A DNA stretch of 64,000 nucleotides from Candidatus Eiseniibacteriota bacterium (lineage in GTDB: Bacteria; Eisenbacteria; RBG-16-71-46): positions 64,001 to 128,000 of the forward strand of contig JBBRLX010000001.1 of assembly GCA_038231135.1 (NCBI GenBank), given 5' to 3'. The notes below the pieces were generated by a model. It saw only the letters and a list, made by a program, of their open reading frames with translations, had not been told where the DNA came from and ran no database searches. This document shows, piece by piece, positions 32,577 through 42,394 of this stretch (positions within the stretch are counted from its first letter, which is position 1; each line of letters begins with the position of its first letter). The translations under genes and the position numbers were made by a program.

Positions 32577-33629
32577 ATGAAGCGCGTCGGAATTCTCGGA
32601 CTCCCCCAGTCGGGCAAGTCCACGGTGTTCGAAATCCTGATGCAGGGCGCGGGCAATTCCGCCTCGGGCGGGTCACGCGACCAGGTGGGCATGGTGCGCG
32701 TCCCCGACGCGCGCGTGGACCAGCTCGCCGTGCTGTTCAAGCCCAAGAAGACCACGTACACGCAGATCCAGTTCGTCGACAGCGCCGCGGCCGGTCACAC
32801 CAGCGCGCGCGTCGCGGCCAAGGGGCCCGATCTGTTCGCGGCCGTGCGCAACTGCGACTTGCTGATGGCCGTGGTGCGCGACTTCGAGAACGCGGCCGCG
32901 CCGGCTCCCAAGGGGGTGGATCCCGATCGCGACCTGCGCGACGTCGAAACCGAGCTGATCTTCAACGATCTCGCGATCTGCGAGACGCGCATCGAGCGCA
33001 TCGAGAAGGAGCTGCGGATCGGCAAGAAACAGGGTGAGCGCGAGCACGTGCTGCTGGTGCGCTGCAAGACGCGCCTCGAGGCCGAACAGCCGCTGCGCGG
33101 CGAGACGTTCGACGCCGAGGAGGAGAAGCTGCTGCGCGGGTTCCAATTACTCACGCGGAAACCGCTGCTCGTGGTGTACAACCAGGACGAGAACTCGACC
33201 CGCACGCCGCCGCCGCCCGGCCCGGGCACGAACGCGGTGGTGATCAAGGCGCATCTCGAGCGTGAGATCGTCGCGTTGCCGGCCGAGGAACGACCGGCGT
33301 TCCGCGCCGAACTGGGCATCGGCGAGGACGGGCTCTCGCTGCTGATCCGGGCCTGCTACGATCTGCTGGGACTGATCTCGTTCTTCACGGTCGGCCCCGA
33401 CGAGGTGCGGGCGTGGACGATCCGCCGCGGCGAGCATGCCGTGGATGCGGCGGGCGAGATCCATTCCGATCTCGCCCGCGGATTCATCCGCGCGGAAGTG
33501 AGCGAGTGGCAGACGTTGATCGAGAAGGGCGGCATCGCGGGCGCACGCACCGCGGGCCAGCTGAGGCTCGAAGGCCGCGACTACGCGGTGAACGACGGCG
33601 ACTGTCTGGAGATCCGGTTCAATGCCTGA
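32577..33629 (+). CDS. ychF: YchF-family ATPase (DUF933), atypical
   Basis: GLPQSGKST, VPDARVD, LISFFTVGPDEVRAW, AGEIHSDLARGFIRAEV, LEGRDY.V.DGD. Confidence 0.85.
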   Translation: MKRVGILGLPQSGKSTVFEILMQGAGNSASGGSRDQVGMVRVPDARVDQLAVLFKPKKTTYTQIQFVDSAAAGHTSARVAAKGPDLFAAVRNCDLLMAVVRDFENAAAPAPKGVDPDRDLRDVETELIFNDLAICETRIERIEKELRIGKKQGEREHVLLVRCKTRLEAEQPLRGETFDAEEEKLLRGFQLLTRKPLLVVYNQDENSTRTPPPPGPGTNAVVIKAHLEREIVALPAEERPAFRAELGIGEDGLSLLIRACYDLLGLISFFTVGPDEVRAWTIRRGEHAVDAAGEIHSDLARGFIRAEVSEWQTLIEKGGIAGARTAGQLRLEGRDYAVNDGDCLEIRFNA

Positions 33630-34215
33630 GTGCCCGAGACTCGAACGCTGGCCGGTGCTCGTCGCGACGTTCGCGATCGCACTGGGCGCCGCGGCTCCCG
33701 CCCACGCGCTGGCGCCCGCGAAGTTCGGCGGCCACCTGTCGCTGGGCTACGCCCACTTGTTCACCACGCAATCGCCGGGGGGCTCGCTGTCGCTCGCCGG
33801 CGGGGTCGACTATCCGGTGTCGGACGACCTGCGCATCGGCGCCGAGGCCGGCTTCGACCTGCTCGGCAGCCGCTCGGTCGACGTCGGCAGCCAGACGGCG
33901 AACCTCGACTACACGATGTTCGAGGCCGCGCTGCTCGCGCACTGGAAACCGGCCGGGCTCGGGCCGATCGGCCGGATCTCGGCGGGTCCGGCGCTGATGA
34001 GCGCCCGCGCCGAGCTGTCGACCGCCGGGGGTGGCCTCGCGTTCACCGGGCTCGCGATCGAAAAGGTCGTCCCGGGCGCCGCGTTCTCCGTGACGCTGCT
34101 CAAGAAACGCTCGAAATCCCCGGTGCTGGCCGGCCTCGAGCTGGGCGTCCATTCGGCGTTCCTGCCCAACGACACCTGGACGGTCGTGAAACTGAGACTG
34201 GCGATCCACTACTGA
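33622..34215 (+). CDS. Small outer-membrane beta-barrel-like protein
   Basis: Signal peptide (AHA), alternating strands, C-terminal aromatic (LAIHY). Confidence 0.6.
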   Translation: MPECPRLERWPVLVATFAIALGAAAPAHALAPAKFGGHLSLGYAHLFTTQSPGGSLSLAGGVDYPVSDDLRIGAEAGFDLLGSRSVDVGSQTANLDYTMFEAALLAHWKPAGLGPIGRISAGPALMSARAELSTAGGGLAFTGLAIEKVVPGAAFSVTLLKKRSKSPVLAGLELGVHSAFLPNDTWTVVKLRLAIHY

Positions 34216-34269
34216 GCGGTGGGGCGCGTTTGGACCTCCCGCCACCCCCGAGCTATGCTCCGTGGTCTG

Positions 34270-34402
34270 AACTCCTTCGGGGCGGGGTGCGAGTCCCCAC
34301 CGGCGGTAAAGCCCGCGAGCGGCTCCTCAGGTTCCAGACTTGGTGGCCGCAGATCCGGTGAAACTCCGGGGCCGACCGTACAGTCGGGATGAAAGAGGGA
34401 GA
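34270..34402 (+). ncRNA. FMN (RFN) riboswitch
   Basis: CTTCGGGGCGGGGTG..AGTCCCCACCGGCGGTAAAGCCCGCGAGC...AGATCCGGTGAAACTCCGGGGCCGAC.GTACAGTC.GGATGAAAGAGG upstream of ribD. Confidence 0.95.
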
Positions 34403-34439
34403 CGCGCGGGCACCACCCTGTCCGCGGCCGTCGCATGTT

Positions 34440-34475
34440 CGCCCCGTGGTCGATTCCGCGGGGCGTTTCGCGTTT
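34440..34475 (+). terminator. Putative riboswitch expression-platform terminator
   Basis: CGCCCCGTGG-TCGATT-CCGCGGGGCG followed by TTTCGCGTTT. Confidence 0.55.
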
Positions 34476-34492
34476 CGAAAGGCTGGATCCGA

Positions 34493-35644
34493 ATGCAGAA
34501 GCCGGTGCGCGGGCGATCGGGCAGAACCGGTCGCACCGCTGCCGAACGGGATACCGACGAGCGGTTCATGCGGCGCGCGCTCGCGCTCGCGGGCCGCGGC
34601 CGCGGCGCCACGCGTCCGAATCCCATGGTGGGTGCGGTGGTGGTGCGCGGCGGCCGCGTGGCCGGCGAGGGCTGGCACCGCGCGGCCGGGCTGCCGCACG
34701 CCGAGATCGGGGCGCTCGGGCAGGCGGGTGGCCGCGCCCGCGGCGCCACGCTGTACGTGACGCTCGAGCCGTGCGCCCATACCGGCCGCACGCCGCCGTG
34801 CGTCGACGCGATCATCGCGGCCGGCATCACGCGCTGCGTGGTCGCGCTGCGCGACCCGCACGTGATTGTCGACGGCCGCGGTTTGCGCCGGCTGCGCCGC
34901 GCCGGCATCAACGTGCAGACGGGCGTGCTCGAACCCGAGGCCCGGCGCCTGCTCGCCGGCTACCTCCGGGTCCACGAGCGCGGCCGGCCGCTCGTCACGT
35001 GGAAGATCGCGACCACGCTCGACGGCAGGGTCGCGGATCGCCGCGGGCGCTCGCAGTGGATCACGGGCTCCGCCGCGCGCGCCGAGGTGCACCGCTTGCG
35101 TGCGCAGTCCGACGCGATCGTGATCGGCTCCGGCACCGCGCGCGCCGATGATCCGCGACTCACCGTGCGCGGCCGCGCGCGCCGCGCGCCGCCACCGTTG
35201 CGCGTGGTGTGCGACAGCCGGCTCGAACTGCCGCGTACGCTCCGGCTGTTCCGCCCGCCGCTCGCGCGCGGCACCGTCGTGGCCTGCCGGCGCGACGCCC
35301 CGGCCGCGCGGGTGGCGGAGCTCGAGCGCCGCGGCATCCAGGTGTGGCGGCTGCCGGCGAGCCGCGGCGGCGTGTCGCCCCGTGCGGTCGCGAAGCGGCT
35401 CGCCCAGGCAGGCTGCCTGGACGTGCTGCTGGAATCGGGCCCGCGGCTCGGCACCGCGTGGCTGCGGGCGGGCGTCGTGGACCGCCTGGCGTGGTTCGTC
35501 GCACCCAAGCTGCTCGGCGCCCCCGGCCTGCCCTGGTGCGGTCCGCTGGGGCGCAACTCGCTCGCCGCCGCGCTGCCGGTCCGCATCGACCGGATCGGCC
35601 GCGCCGGCGACGATGCGTTCCTCTCCCTCGAACTCGAGGCCTGA
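34493..35644 (+). CDS. ribD: Riboflavin biosynthesis deaminase/reductase
   Basis: PNPMVG, HAE, TLEPCAH.GRTPPC, SQWITG. Confidence 0.96.
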   Translation: MQKPVRGRSGRTGRTAAERDTDERFMRRALALAGRGRGATRPNPMVGAVVVRGGRVAGEGWHRAAGLPHAEIGALGQAGGRARGATLYVTLEPCAHTGRTPPCVDAIIAAGITRCVVALRDPHVIVDGRGLRRLRRAGINVQTGVLEPEARRLLAGYLRVHERGRPLVTWKIATTLDGRVADRRGRSQWITGSAARAEVHRLRAQSDAIVIGSGTARADDPRLTVRGRARRAPPPLRVVCDSRLELPRTLRLFRPPLARGTVVACRRDAPAARVAELERRGIQVWRLPASRGGVSPRAVAKRLAQAGCLDVLLESGPRLGTAWLRAGVVDRLAWFVAPKLLGAPGLPWCGPLGRNSLAAALPVRIDRIGRAGDDAFLSLELEA

Positions 35645-35645
35645 C

Positions 35646-36254
35646 ATGTTCACCGGACTGATCGAAGCACTCGGCACCGTGGCCCGGCTCGAGGCGCGGC
35701 CGCGCGGCCGCTGGCTCGAAATCACCACTCCCGCATTCGGCGACCTCGCGATCGGCGACAGCATCGCCGTGAACGGCGTGTGCCTCACCGCGACCGCGGT
35801 CGGCCCGCACGGCTTCTCGGCGGAAGCGGTGCCCGAGACGCTGTCGCGCACCACGCTCGGCGAGTTGCACCGCGAGGGCCAGGTCAACCTCGAGCGCGCA
35901 CTGCGCGTGGGCGATCGCTTCGGCGGCCACATGGTGCAGGGGCACGTCGACGGCGTAGCCCAGGTGCGCCGGGTCGTCGCCGAGGGCGCCAGCCGGCGGG
36001 TGCACTTCGAGCTGCCCGAGGCGCTCGCGCCGTTCGTGGCCGAGAAGGGCTCGATCGCCGTCGACGGCGTCAGCCTCACCGTGGCCGCGTGCGACCTCGA
36101 CTCGTTCGAAGTCGCGCTGATCCCGCACACGCTCGAACACACGATCGCGCGCACCTACCGGGTGGGCTCGCGCGTGAATCTCGAGGTCGATCTCGTGGCG
36201 CGCTATCTCGCGCGCATGCTCGAGGTCGGTCCGATCGAAAGGAGCCCATCGTGA
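35646..36254 (+). CDS. ribE: Riboflavin synthase (alpha chain)
   Basis: [30 protein letters not shown]. Confidence 0.97.
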   Translation: MFTGLIEALGTVARLEARPRGRWLEITTPAFGDLAIGDSIAVNGVCLTATAVGPHGFSAEAVPETLSRTTLGELHREGQVNLERALRVGDRFGGHMVQGHVDGVAQVRRVVAEGASRRVHFELPEALAPFVAEKGSIAVDGVSLTVAACDLDSFEVALIPHTLEHTIARTYRVGSRVNLEVDLVARYLARMLEVGPIERSPS

Positions 36255-37708
36255 GCCGGTCCCGACCCCGCCGCGCCGCGCGTACGACGACCGCTGCCGC
36301 GCCGCGCCGGCGCAGGCCGGCCACGGCCGCGCCGCGCTCCCGCACGGCGGCCGCGGCCGCGCCGCACGGGCGCACGGCGCCCGCCGCGACGCGGCGAGGG
36401 CGCCCCAAGTCCGTCGCGTCCCGCCATGCCCGGATCGCGCCGGACTCACCCCGGTCGCGCGAATCGAGGAACGGCGCGGCGTCGCGCCCGCGGGGCGACG
36501 TGTTCCTCGGCGTCGCCGAAGCCGTGGCGCAGATCAAGGCGGGGCGGATGGTGATCGTGGTGGATGACGCCGACCGGGAGAACGAAGGCGACATCGTGTT
36601 CGCGGCCGAGAAGGCCACGCCCGACCTGGTGAACTTCGCGGTCAAGCACGGCCGCGGCATCCTGTGCGCGCCGATGGTGCCCGAGATCGCCGACCGGCTG
36701 GGCCTCAAGCTGATGGTGTCGCAGAACACCGCCAAGTTCGGGACGCCGTTCACGGAATCCGTCGACGTGCGGCGCGGCACCACGACCGGCACCTCGGTGT
36801 TCGACCGCACGCGCACGCTCAAGTCGCTCGCGAATCCACGCACCCGGCCCCGGGACCTCGACCGGCCGGGGCACGTGTTCCCGCTGCGCGCCGCGCCCGG
36901 CGGCGTGCTGCGCCGCGCCGGGCACACCGAAGCGGTGCCGGATCTGTGCCGGCTCGCGGGTCTCGAGCCGGTGGGTGCGCTGTGCGAGATCCTCACCGAC
37001 GACGGCGGCATGATGCGGCTGCCGGAGCTGCAGAAGTTCGCGCGCCGTCACGGGCTCGGCATCCTCACCATCCGCGACCTGATCGAGTACCGCCGCCACC
37101 GCGAGCAGCTGGTGCGCCGCATCCTGACGGTGCCGCTGCCGACCGAGCACGGCACGTTCCAGCTCCACCTGTACGAGAGCGTGCTCGAGAACGACCATCA
37201 CGTGGCGCTGGTCGCGGGGCGCGTCGATTCGCGCAAGCCGGTGCTGGTGCGCGTGCACTCGCAGTGCCTGACGGGCGACGTGTTCGGCTCGCAGCGCTGC
37301 GACTGCGGCCAGCAGATGCACGCGGCGATGGCGCAGATCGCGAAGCAGGGCGGCGTGTTCCTGTACCTGCGCCAGGAGGGCCGCGGCATCGGGCTCGCGA
37401 ACAAGCTCAAGGCCTACCGGCTGCAGGACCAGGGCTACGACACCGTCGAGGCGAACGTGAAGCTCGGGTTCGCCGCCGATCTGCGCGACTACGGCATCGG
37501 CGCCCAGATCCTCGCGGATCTCGGCGTGCGTAAGATCGATCTGCTCACGAACAATCCGCGCAAGATCGTGGGCCTCGAAGCGTACGGGCTCACGATTCAC
37601 CAGCGCCTGCCCATCAAGATCGCCGCCACCCGCTATAATCGGAAGTACCTGGCGACCAAGCGCGACAAGCTGGGCCACCTGCTCGATCTCGACCTGGGAG
37701 AGGTGTGA
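36251..37708 (+). CDS. ribBA: Bifunctional DHBP synthase/GTP cyclohydrolase II with long basic N-terminal extension
   Basis: [48 protein letters not shown]. Confidence 0.95.
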   Translation: MSRSRPRRAARTTTAAAPRRRRPATAAPRSRTAAAAAPHGRTAPAATRRGRPKSVASRHARIAPDSPRSRESRNGAASRPRGDVFLGVAEAVAQIKAGRMVIVVDDADRENEGDIVFAAEKATPDLVNFAVKHGRGILCAPMVPEIADRLGLKLMVSQNTAKFGTPFTESVDVRRGTTTGTSVFDRTRTLKSLANPRTRPRDLDRPGHVFPLRAAPGGVLRRAGHTEAVPDLCRLAGLEPVGALCEILTDDGGMMRLPELQKFARRHGLGILTIRDLIEYRRHREQLVRRILTVPLPTEHGTFQLHLYESVLENDHHVALVAGRVDSRKPVLVRVHSQCLTGDVFGSQRCDCGQQMHAAMAQIAKQGGVFLYLRQEGRGIGLANKLKAYRLQDQGYDTVEANVKLGFAADLRDYGIGAQILADLGVRKIDLLTNNPRKIVGLEAYGLTIHQRLPIKIAATRYNRKYLATKRDKLGHLLDLDLGEV

Positions 37709-38181
37709 TGGTGCGGGAGCCCGCCGCGAACGCCGAGGCCGCCGGGCTCAGGTTCGCCGTGGTCGCGGCCCGGTTCAACGAGAGCTACGTGCGCCGGCTG
37801 GCGGACGCGGCGCTCGACGTCCTGCGCCGCCGCGGCGCCCGCGAGGAGGATCTCGAATTGCTGTGGGTGCCGGGCAGCTTCGAGTTGCCGCTCGCGTGCC
37901 GGTGGGCCGCGGACACCGGGCGCTATGACGCGGTGCTCGCATTCGGCCTCGTGCTCAAGGGCGAAACCGAGCACTTCCGCCTGGTGGCGGACGCGGCGTC
38001 CGACGGGCTGCTGCGCGTGGGGCTCGACACCGGCGTGCCGGTGCTGAACGGCGTGCTGGCCGCGTACGACGTGGAGCAGGCCGCGGCGCGCACCGGCGGC
38101 GCGCTCGGCAATCGTGGCGCCGAGATCGCGCTCGCCGCGGTGCACATGGCGAATCTGAAGCGCACGCTGGAGAGCGCGTGA
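37708..38181 (+). CDS. ribH: Lumazine synthase
   Basis: ARFN, VPGSFELP, GETEHF. Confidence 0.95.
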   Translation: MVREPAANAEAAGLRFAVVAARFNESYVRRLADAALDVLRRRGAREEDLELLWVPGSFELPLACRWAADTGRYDAVLAFGLVLKGETEHFRLVADAASDGLLRVGLDTGVPVLNGVLAAYDVEQAAARTGGALGNRGAEIALAAVHMANLKRTLESA

Positions 38182-38747
38182 CGCGCGCGCGTGGCCGGCA
38201 CCCCGGCGGATCGCCCGGCGGCCCTCGCGGCGGCGCCCCCGGCGGCCCTCGCGGCGGCGCCCCCGGCGGGCCGGGTGGCGGCCCCGCCCACAACTTCACG
38301 GACCGGGGGCGCGGCGGCGACGACGGCCGCGCCGACACCGGCCGGCGCCGGGCGCGCGAGCTGGCGTTTCGCGTTGCCTACGAATCCGACGTGAACCACG
38401 ATGCCGTCGCCGACGTATGGCAGCGCATCGCGGCGGACGAGCGGCTCACCGACGACCAGCGCGAGCTGGTCGACGACGTCGTCGGGGCGCTGGCGCGGGA
38501 GGGTGGCGTGGACGCACATCTCGAGGAGGCGCTCGAACGCTGGCCGCTCGCCCGGCTGGCCGCGACCGACCGGGCGGTGCTGCGCGCCGCGGTCGCCGAG
38601 CTGGTCGCCCGCGCGGGCATCCCCGCGCCGATCGTGATCGACGAATCGATCGAGATCGCCCGGCGGTTCGGCACCGACGAGTCGGGCCGGTTCGTCAACG
38701 GCGTTCTCGACCGAGTGGCGCGCATGCTGCGCCCGGGCGAGCTGTGA
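38178..38747 (+). CDS. nusB: Transcription antitermination factor NusB with Gly/Pro/Arg-rich N-terminus
   Basis: RRRARELA, DRAVLR, IDESIEIARRFG, FVNGVLD; follows ribH. Confidence 0.92.
   Translation: MTRARGRHPGGSPGGPRGGAPGGPRGGAPGGPGGGPAHNFTDRGRGGDDGRADTGRRRARELAFRVAYESDVNHDAVADVWQRIAADERLTDDQRELVDDVVGALAREGGVDAHLEEALERWPLARLAATDRAVLRAAVAELVARAGIPAPIVIDESIEIARRFGTDESGRFVNGVLDRVARMLRPGEL
38214..38261 (+). repeat. Exact 24-nt tandem duplication (PGGPRGGA x2) in nusB 5' end
   Basis: CCCGGCGGCCCTCGCGGCGGCGCC twice. Confidence 0.9.
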
Positions 38748-39466
38748 AGCCGCACGCGGTGCTGTCGGACATCCACGGCAATCTCGAGGCGCTCGAGGCG
38801 GTGCTCGCCGACATGGACCGCCGCGGCGTCGAGCACATCGCCTGCCTCGGAGACTTCGTCGGCTACGGCGCGGCGCCGAACGAGTGCATGGACCTGCTGC
38901 GGCCGCGCCTCGACGTCGCCGTCGCCGGCAACCACGACCTCGCCGCCTGCGGCCGCATCCGGCTCGGCTACTTCCACAAGGACGCGGCGACCGCCGCGCG
39001 CTGGACCAACAAGAGCCTGACGCCGGAGAACCTGGCCTGGCTCGAGGCGCTGCCGTTCACCTCGGAATGGCAGGGCATGTGGCTCGTGCACTCGACGCCC
39101 TCCGAGCCCGACAGCTGGTCGTACGTGATGGCGGCGGACGAGGCCGGGCTCGAGATGGCGGCGTATACGCAGGCTGTGTGCCTGATCGGACATTCGCACT
39201 ATCCCGGCGCGTTTCGTCGCAGCGGCAACACGGTCACGTATACGCGCGACACGGAGGTGCCGATCGTGCCCGGCGACAAGTATCTCGTGAACGTCGCGAG
39301 CGTCGGCCAGCCGCGCGACGGCGATCCGCGTGCGGGCTACCTGCTCGTCGAACCCGGCGTGCTGCGGCACGTACGGCTCGGCTACGATGTGAACCGGGCG
39401 GCCGCGCGCATCGAATCCGCGGGCCTGCCGTCGATGCTGGCGGAACGCCTGCGCTGGGGGGAGTGA
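38744..39466 (+). CDS. Metallophosphoesterase (calcineurin-like)
   Basis: SDIHGN, LGDFVGYG, GNHD, GHSH, SVGQPRDGDPRA. Confidence 0.93.
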   Translation: MKPHAVLSDIHGNLEALEAVLADMDRRGVEHIACLGDFVGYGAAPNECMDLLRPRLDVAVAGNHDLAACGRIRLGYFHKDAATAARWTNKSLTPENLAWLEALPFTSEWQGMWLVHSTPSEPDSWSYVMAADEAGLEMAAYTQAVCLIGHSHYPGAFRRSGNTVTYTRDTEVPIVPGDKYLVNVASVGQPRDGDPRAGYLLVEPGVLRHVRLGYDVNRAAARIESAGLPSMLAERLRWGE

Positions 39467-40245
39467 GATTGGCGGATCGCGTTTCGACGCTGGAACACTG
39501 GGAATCCTACTGGCGCGGCCATGCGAACCTCGAGGAGACCTACTCCACGGGCGGTCGGCTGGTGCGCGAGGTGCTCGCGGACGGCGACGTCCGCGGCCGC
39601 GTGGTGATGGAGGTCGGCGCCGGTTCGGGCCGCGACATCCTCGAGCTGGCGCGCCACGGCGCGACCGGCATCGTGCTCGACTATTCGCCGGCGTCGCTCG
39701 AGCTGGTGCAGCGGCAGTCGCGGGCGTCGGGCGTGCCGGTGCACCTGATCCGCGCCGACGCGCTGGCGCTGCCGTTCAAGGATGGCGCGATCGACGTGGT
39801 GTTCCACCAGGGCCTGCTCGAGCACTTCCGCGACCCGATGCCGCTGCTGCGCGAGAACGCGCGCGTCACGAGGACCGGCGGACGGGTGATCGTCGACGTG
39901 CCGCAGACCTGGCACCTGTACACCGCGATGAAGCAGTCGCTGATTGCCCTGAACCGCTGGTTCGCGGGCTGGGAGACCCAGTTCACGCCGGCCGAGCTCG
40001 AGCGCTGCGTGCGGGCCGCGGGGCTCGAGGTGAAGCGCACGTACGGCGAGTGGCTGGTGCCGGGCCTCGCCTATCGCGTGACGCGCGAGGTGCTGAAGCG
40101 CGGCGCGGCCGTCACGCTGCCGCTCGAGCCGCGCGGGCCGGTCTGGTGGCAGCGCATGTGGACGGGCGCGCGGGCGCGATTCGGCCACACCCGCGCGGCA
40201 CTCTATACCTGCCACGTGATCGGCACCGTGGGGATCAAGCGTTGA
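39463..40245 (+). CDS. Class I SAM-dependent methyltransferase
   Basis: EVGAGSG, ADALALPF, GLLEHF. Confidence 0.88.
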   Translation: MRLADRVSTLEHWESYWRGHANLEETYSTGGRLVREVLADGDVRGRVVMEVGAGSGRDILELARHGATGIVLDYSPASLELVQRQSRASGVPVHLIRADALALPFKDGAIDVVFHQGLLEHFRDPMPLLRENARVTRTGGRVIVDVPQTWHLYTAMKQSLIALNRWFAGWETQFTPAELERCVRAAGLEVKRTYGEWLVPGLAYRVTREVLKRGAAVTLPLEPRGPVWWQRMWTGARARFGHTRAALYTCHVIGTVGIKR

Positions 40246-41390
40246 GCGCGGCGCCCGATCGCCCGCTGCGAATCGTGGCCGTGAACTTCCGCGATCCCGG
40301 TAATCCCGAGGCCGGCGGGGCCGAGTTGCACCTGGAGGAGATCCTGCTCGAAGCCGTGCGCCGTGGTCACGACGTGACGTGGCTCGCCGCGGGATTCCCG
40401 GGCGGGGCGCCGGACACGGTCCATCGCGGCATCCGGGTGGTGCGCCGCGCCACGTGGTGGAACTTCAACCTGGCGGTGCGCGGCGTGCTGGCGCGCGAGT
40501 TCGCGTCGCCGCCGCCCGATCTCGTGATCGAGGACATCAACAAGGCGCCGTGCTTCACGCCGGGCGCGGTGGCGGCGCCGGTGGCGGTGATCGTGCCCCA
40601 CCTGTTCGGCACCACCGCGTACCAGGAGGCGCCGTGGCCGGTCGCGACCTACGTGCTCGCGCTCGAGTCGCGGATCCCGGCGGCCTACCGGGCATGCGAC
40701 TTCCTCGCGATCTCGGAGAGCACGCGCGACGACCTGATCGCGCGCGGCGTGCCGCCCGCGCGCATCGCGGTGGTCCACTGCGGCCTCGATCACGACACCT
40801 ATCGCGTGAATGGCACGCCCAAGAGCGCCGGCCCCACGATCCTGTACGTGGGACGGCTGCGCCGCTACAAGGGCGTCGACTGGACGATCCGTGTGATGCC
40901 GCGCGTGCTGGCCCGGGTGCCCGGCGCCCGGCTGGTGGTGATCGGCGACGGACCCGACCGGCCGCGGCTCGAGGCGATGCTGGGCCGCAGCGGCGCCGGG
41001 CACGCAGTCGAATTCCTCGGGTTCATCCCCCGCGCCGACAAGGCGCGGTGGATGCGCGCGGCATGGGCGGTGGTGCAGCCGTCGCCCAAGGAGGGCTGGG
41101 GGCTCACGGTCGTCGAGGCGGCCGCCTCGGGCACCGCCGTGATCGCCGCCGACAGTCCGGGCCTGCGCGATTCCGTGCGCCGCGACGAAACCGGACTGCT
41201 GGTGCCGTATGGTGACGACGCGGCGCTCGAGCAGGCGCTGGTGACGGTGCTGACCGACACGCCGCTGCGGGACCGACTGGCCCGTGCCGGCGTCGCGTGG
41301 TCCAGGAACTTCACGTGGCCCGATTGCGCGGCGCGTTCGCTCGACGCGCTGCTCGCGCCGGTCACGGCGCGGCGGGCGGAGGCGGGATGA
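40242..41390 (+). CDS. Glycosyltransferase family 4
   Basis: AGGAE, YVGRLRRYKG, EGWGLTVVEA. Confidence 0.92.
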   Translation: MSAAPDRPLRIVAVNFRDPGNPEAGGAELHLEEILLEAVRRGHDVTWLAAGFPGGAPDTVHRGIRVVRRATWWNFNLAVRGVLAREFASPPPDLVIEDINKAPCFTPGAVAAPVAVIVPHLFGTTAYQEAPWPVATYVLALESRIPAAYRACDFLAISESTRDDLIARGVPPARIAVVHCGLDHDTYRVNGTPKSAGPTILYVGRLRRYKGVDWTIRVMPRVLARVPGARLVVIGDGPDRPRLEAMLGRSGAGHAVEFLGFIPRADKARWMRAAWAVVQPSPKEGWGLTVVEAAASGTAVIAADSPGLRDSVRRDETGLLVPYGDDAALEQALVTVLTDTPLRDRLARAGVAWSRNFTWPDCAARSLDALLAPVTARRAEAG

Positions 41391-42394
41391 ATCTCGAGGA
41401 CGGCCACGCGTATTCGGGCAAGGGCGTATGGGCGCTGATCGCCAAGATCGGGCTCAGCCTCGCGTTGATGGTGTTCCTGTTCCGGCGCATCCCGCTGCAC
41501 GAGGTGCTCGAATCCATTCGCACCGCGGATCGCTCGTGGCTGCTCGCGGCGGTCCTGCTGCTGGTGGCGAGCAACGTGCTGGGCGCCTATCAATGGGAGC
41601 GGCTGCTGCGCGCCGTCGACATCCGCATCCCGTTCTGGAAGGTGTGCGCCTATTACCACGTCGGGCTGTTCTTCAACAATTTCCTGCCCGCAAACATCGG
41701 CGGCGACATCGCGCGGGTGCTCGACGCGTCGCGTCACGGGCCCAACCGCGGGACGGTCGTGTCCACGGTGATCATGGACCGGCTGCTGGGGACGGTGGCG
41801 CTCGCCGGCATGGCGCTGATCATGACGCTGCCCGCGATCAACCGGTTCCACCTCGCGTTCGTGTACCTGGCGCTCGTGGGATTCTTCGCGTTCAGCGTGA
41901 TGCTGGTGTGGGCGATCTTCCATCCCGGGCTGCTGCCCCAGGTGGAGCGGGTGCTCGCCCGGGTCGGATTCCGCTCGCTGGGCCCGCACCTGGACGACCT
42001 GGCGGAGCGGATTCGACATTTCCGTGACCGTCGCGGATTGTTTGCCGGACTGCTCGCCATGGCGATGGTGGTGCAATTGTCGAGGATTTTCGTGCACGTC
42101 CTGGTGGCGCGCGCGCTCGGGCTGGCGATCCCGCTCACCTACTTCCTGCTTTTCGTTCCGCTGCTGGGGGTGATAGTCTCGCTGCCCATCTCGTTGAACG
42201 GCATCGGGGTGCGCGAGGGGGCGGGGGTCGTGCTGTTCGGACTCGTCGGCGTCGGACGCGCACAGGCGTTCTCACTTCAATTCACTACTTATCTGGTGGC
42301 GGTGGCCGTGAGTCTGTTGGGCGGGATGATTTTCCTGGCACGCATTCCCCGCCGTCGCAGAGCCGAACGGCTGGCCGCACGGAGGTCTTCCTGA
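41387..42394 (+). CDS. LPG_synthase_TM (UPF0104) flippase-like membrane protein
   Basis: FFNNFLPANIGGD, MDRLLG, LPISLNGIGVREG. Confidence 0.88.
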   Translation: MNLEDGHAYSGKGVWALIAKIGLSLALMVFLFRRIPLHEVLESIRTADRSWLLAAVLLLVASNVLGAYQWERLLRAVDIRIPFWKVCAYYHVGLFFNNFLPANIGGDIARVLDASRHGPNRGTVVSTVIMDRLLGTVALAGMALIMTLPAINRFHLAFVYLALVGFFAFSVMLVWAIFHPGLLPQVERVLARVGFRSLGPHLDDLAERIRHFRDRRGLFAGLLAMAMVVQLSRIFVHVLVARALGLAIPLTYFLLFVPLLGVIVSLPISLNGIGVREGAGVVLFGLVGVGRAQAFSLQFTTYLVAVAVSLLGGMIFLARIPRRRRAERLAARRSS

